Below are positions 61,550-64,000 of a stretch of 64,000 bases of DNA, piece by piece; the first letter of the stretch is position 1; every line of letters starts with the position of its first letter. The translations under genes and the position numbers were made by a program. Source of the stretch: an uncultured Trueperaceae bacterium (GTDB taxonomy: Bacteria; Deinococcota; Deinococci; Deinococcales; Trueperaceae); contig CAWFFU010000003.1 of assembly GCA_963815215.1 (NCBI GenBank), positions 832,001 through 896,000 of the forward strand, written 5' to 3'. The notes beneath the pieces were generated by a model. That model did no database searches, was not told the origin of the DNA, and worked only from the letters and a program-made list of their open reading frames with translations.

Positions 61550-63058
61550 ATGAACGGCAACGGCCGCTACCAGCGTCAGGAGATCTACCTCCAACAGGGA
61601 GACATCCGTTGCTACCGCGGCGTCGATCCTCTCACTGGACTGGCGGTACTCATCTACGCCTTCCCCGGCCGCCCCACCGCGCCGGCGGCCGGGCTGGAGT
61701 CCGAGAACATCCCGGGCATCCTGGTCAGCTCCTACGAGGACAACGTCGGACAGGTCGTGGCGGCCTACTCGCCGCACTACGGCCTGGTGGCCCCGGGCGA
61801 GTCCGTGGTCGACGACCACTTCGTCCTGGAGGCGGCGCGCGCGGCGCGCGACGCGGCCGCCGCGGGCGTGGTCCACGGCGACCTGCGGGCCGGCCGCCTG
61901 CTGTACGCGCAGGGGCACGTGCTGATCGAAGGGTACGGCGTGCCCTGGACGGCCGTGGACTCCGACGTGACGGCTCCGGAGGTCGCCGGCGGAGGGCCCC
62001 CGTCCCTGCCCGCCGACGTCTACGCGCTGGCGGCGACCTTGCTCCTGCTCGGCGGGGACAACCTCAGCCATGAGGTCGGCGCCCTGCTGCGCAGCGCCCT
62101 GGTGCCCGACCCCCACGAGCGGACGACCGCCCTGGCCCTGTACGCGCAGGTGCGGCGCGCCTGTGGCGGCACCATGACACCACCGCCACGCAGCTTCGAC
62201 GATCTCACCCTACCGACCAGCACGGGCGGCGCGGCTCCCGAGCCGCAGCCCACCGAGCCGCCGGAGCCGAGTCCGTCCGGCGCCAGACTGTCTGCCACCC
62301 GCTCGGACTTCCAGCTCGACCTCGACTTCGAGCTCGACGTGGCCACCCCACCGACCGATCACGGCGCCCTCACCACCGGGAACGCCGGTCGCGAACCGCG
62401 GCCGCTCCCACCGCGAGTCCCGGCCCCGAGCCGACCGGACGCCGCTCCTTCGGGCGCTCCCGACGAGCCCGAGCCGATCACGCTCCACAGCGACCCGGGC
62501 CTCAGTCCGCACGGCGCGTCCCGCTCCACCCGCGACAGCATGGCCGGCTTCGTCAAGGACCTGCCCCCCGGAGCGACCTACCGGGCCGGCTCCTTGGACG
62601 ACGCCCAGCCAGCGGCCCCCATCCGGATGGAGCTGCAGCCGGAGGAGCGGGGGCGCCGTCGTTCCTGGCGCGGGCCGCTGCTGGTGATCCTGGCCCTCGT
62701 GGCCGCAGGGGCCGTCGCGTCGATCGCCTTCCTCAAACAGGGCACACTGGCGCCGGCGCCGCTCACGAGCAGCGCCGTCAGTTACATCCTGTCCGTGCAG
62801 GTGCAGCCCACCAACCTCCCGCCGGTCGACCTCTACGTCGTGCGCAGCCCGAGCGGCTCCGGCACGCCGGCCGGCACCATCCTGTGCCGGGCCCCGTGCA
62901 AGATCGTGCTCGACCGTGCCGGCAAGTGGCAGTTCCGGGGCGAGTTCCTGAGCCGCACCTCGGCGGTGGCGGACGTCACGCTCCCCGGCCCGCGCCTGGT
63001 CACGCTCACCTTCCCGCCGGCCCCTGGGTCGACCTCGACCCCCCCCACCCGTCCCTGA
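61550..63058 (+). CDS. Membrane-anchored protein-kinase-like protein (probable pseudokinase)
   Basis: GVVHGDL, TAPEV, ADVYALAATL, DPHER.TA. Pro-rich linker, single TM, short beta-rich extracytoplasmic tail. Confidence 0.65.
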   Translation: MNGNGRYQRQEIYLQQGDIRCYRGVDPLTGLAVLIYAFPGRPTAPAAGLESENIPGILVSSYEDNVGQVVAAYSPHYGLVAPGESVVDDHFVLEAARAARDAAAAGVVHGDLRAGRLLYAQGHVLIEGYGVPWTAVDSDVTAPEVAGGGPPSLPADVYALAATLLLLGGDNLSHEVGALLRSALVPDPHERTTALALYAQVRRACGGTMTPPPRSFDDLTLPTSTGGAAPEPQPTEPPEPSPSGARLSATRSDFQLDLDFELDVATPPTDHGALTTGNAGREPRPLPPRVPAPSRPDAAPSGAPDEPEPITLHSDPGLSPHGASRSTRDSMAGFVKDLPPGATYRAGSLDDAQPAAPIRMELQPEERGRRRSWRGPLLVILALVAAGAVASIAFLKQGTLAPAPLTSSAVSYILSVQVQPTNLPPVDLYVVRSPSGSGTPAGTILCRAPCKIVLDRAGKWQFRGEFLSRTSAVADVTLPGPRLVTLTFPPAPGSTSTPPTRP

Positions 63059-63074
63059 CAGCCGAAGGAGGCCC

Positions 63075-64000
63075 ATGCCCAGCATCGTCGTCGTGGACTA
63101 CGGGTCGCAGTACACCCGGCTCATCACCCGGAGGCTGCGCGAGCTCAGCGTGTTCTCCGTCATCGTTCCCCACACCACCAACGTGGAGACGGTGCGGAGC
63201 TTCGATCCCCGCGGCGTCATCCTGTCGGGTGGGCCGCAGAGCGTCACCGACCCGGAGGCGCCGGGCCTACCGGACGGCCTGCTCGACGCCGGTCTGCCTA
63301 TCCTGGCCATCTGCTACGGCATGCAGCTCGTGGCGCGCGATCTCGGCGGCGAGGTGCGGTCGAGCCCGGTGCGCGAGTACGGCAAAGCCGTCCTGACCCA
63401 TTACGGCGGCGAACTCTTCGACGGCGTGGAGGGCGAGTTCGTGGCCTGGATGAGCCACGGCATCTCGGTGGTGCGCCCCCCCGCAGGCTTCACCGTCGTC
63501 GCTTCCACCGACGACACGCCGGTCGCCGCCATGGAGTGGCCCGAACGGAACCTGTACGCGCTGCAGTTCCACCCTGAGGTTCGGCACACCCCCAAGGGGA
63601 TGGCGCTGCTCGAGCGCTTCGTTCACGCCACCGGGATCGCGCGCGACTGGACGCCCGAGAACATCGTTCAGCAGATGGTGGCCGACGTCCGCGAGCGCGT
63701 CGGCGGGGAGCGCGTGCTACTGGGCATCTCCGGCGGCGTCGACTCCAGCACGCTGGGCCTGCTTCTCCATCGCGCATTGGGCGAGAAGCTGGTCGCGGTG
63801 TTCGTCGACCACGGTCTGCTACGCCTCGGCGAGGCCGAGGAGGTGGAGCGGGCGCTCACCGACCTGGGCGTGGATCTCCGGGCCGTGAACGCCTCGGAGC
63901 GCTTCCTGTCCGCGCTGGCCGGCGTTACCGACCCCGAGACCAAGCGCAAGATCATCGGCCGCGAGTTCATCGAGGTGTTCGCGCGCGAGGCGCGTGCCGT
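63075..64000 (+). CDS. guaA: GMP synthase (glutamine-hydrolysing), 3'-truncated by window edge
   Basis: AAGGAGG RBS. VVDYGSQYT.LITRR.RE, ILSGGPQSV, ICYGMQ, WMSHG, LQFHPEV.HT, SGGVDS, FVDHGLLR, DPETKRKIIG. Confidence 0.96.
   Translation, partial: MPSIVVVDYGSQYTRLITRRLRELSVFSVIVPHTTNVETVRSFDPRGVILSGGPQSVTDPEAPGLPDGLLDAGLPILAICYGMQLVARDLGGEVRSSPVREYGKAVLTHYGGELFDGVEGEFVAWMSHGISVVRPPAGFTVVASTDDTPVAAMEWPERNLYALQFHPEVRHTPKGMALLERFVHATGIARDWTPENIVQQMVADVRERVGGERVLLGISGGVDSSTLGLLLHRALGEKLVAVFVDHGLLRLGEAEEVERALTDLGVDLRAVNASERFLSALAGVTDPETKRKIIGREFIEVFAREARA

Noticed and set aside
61400..61553. Leaderless 46-codon uORF (GTG 61413) whose stop overlaps the pseudokinase ATG
   Set aside because: Low-complexity Arg/Pro/Gly peptide with no coding signal. 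It could be chance or simply a 5' UTR.

Overview
High-GC bacterial chromosomal segment, almost certainly Deinococcota and plausibly Trueperaceae-like (inference). Support comes from the Deinococcus/Thermus-type L31 and RpoZ, the RecA GGKT Walker A, the cinA-recA-rny order, csaB with DUF5693, a valS T-box and many leaderless promoters. The window is mostly core genes: aroA-cmk-nadK, rpmE, gmk-rpoZ-coaBC-argR, pyrG-udk, cinA-recA-rny, prs-rplY-pth, pstSCAB, valS, mrp and guaA. It also carries a B12 ABC importer with a cobalamin riboswitch, crcB with a fluoride riboswitch, nifJ with a DHOD-like partner, hutH, and an sqdB-sqdX sulfolipid pair. No rRNA, tRNA, CRISPR, IS or prophage was seen. The most striking signal is two sharply bounded, gene-sized tracts of extreme but opposite strand asymmetry in two same-strand genes. 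sqdB is A/C-rich and recA is G/T-rich, strongly enough to appear to shift amino-acid composition. Other highlights are a candidate three-hairpin C-loop sRNA divergent from cinA-recA, sulfolipid genes in this lineage (sqdB has two compensating frameshifts), and several apparent pseudo-enzymes. Start codons were chosen by eye, and all family calls come from motif recognition, not database searches.
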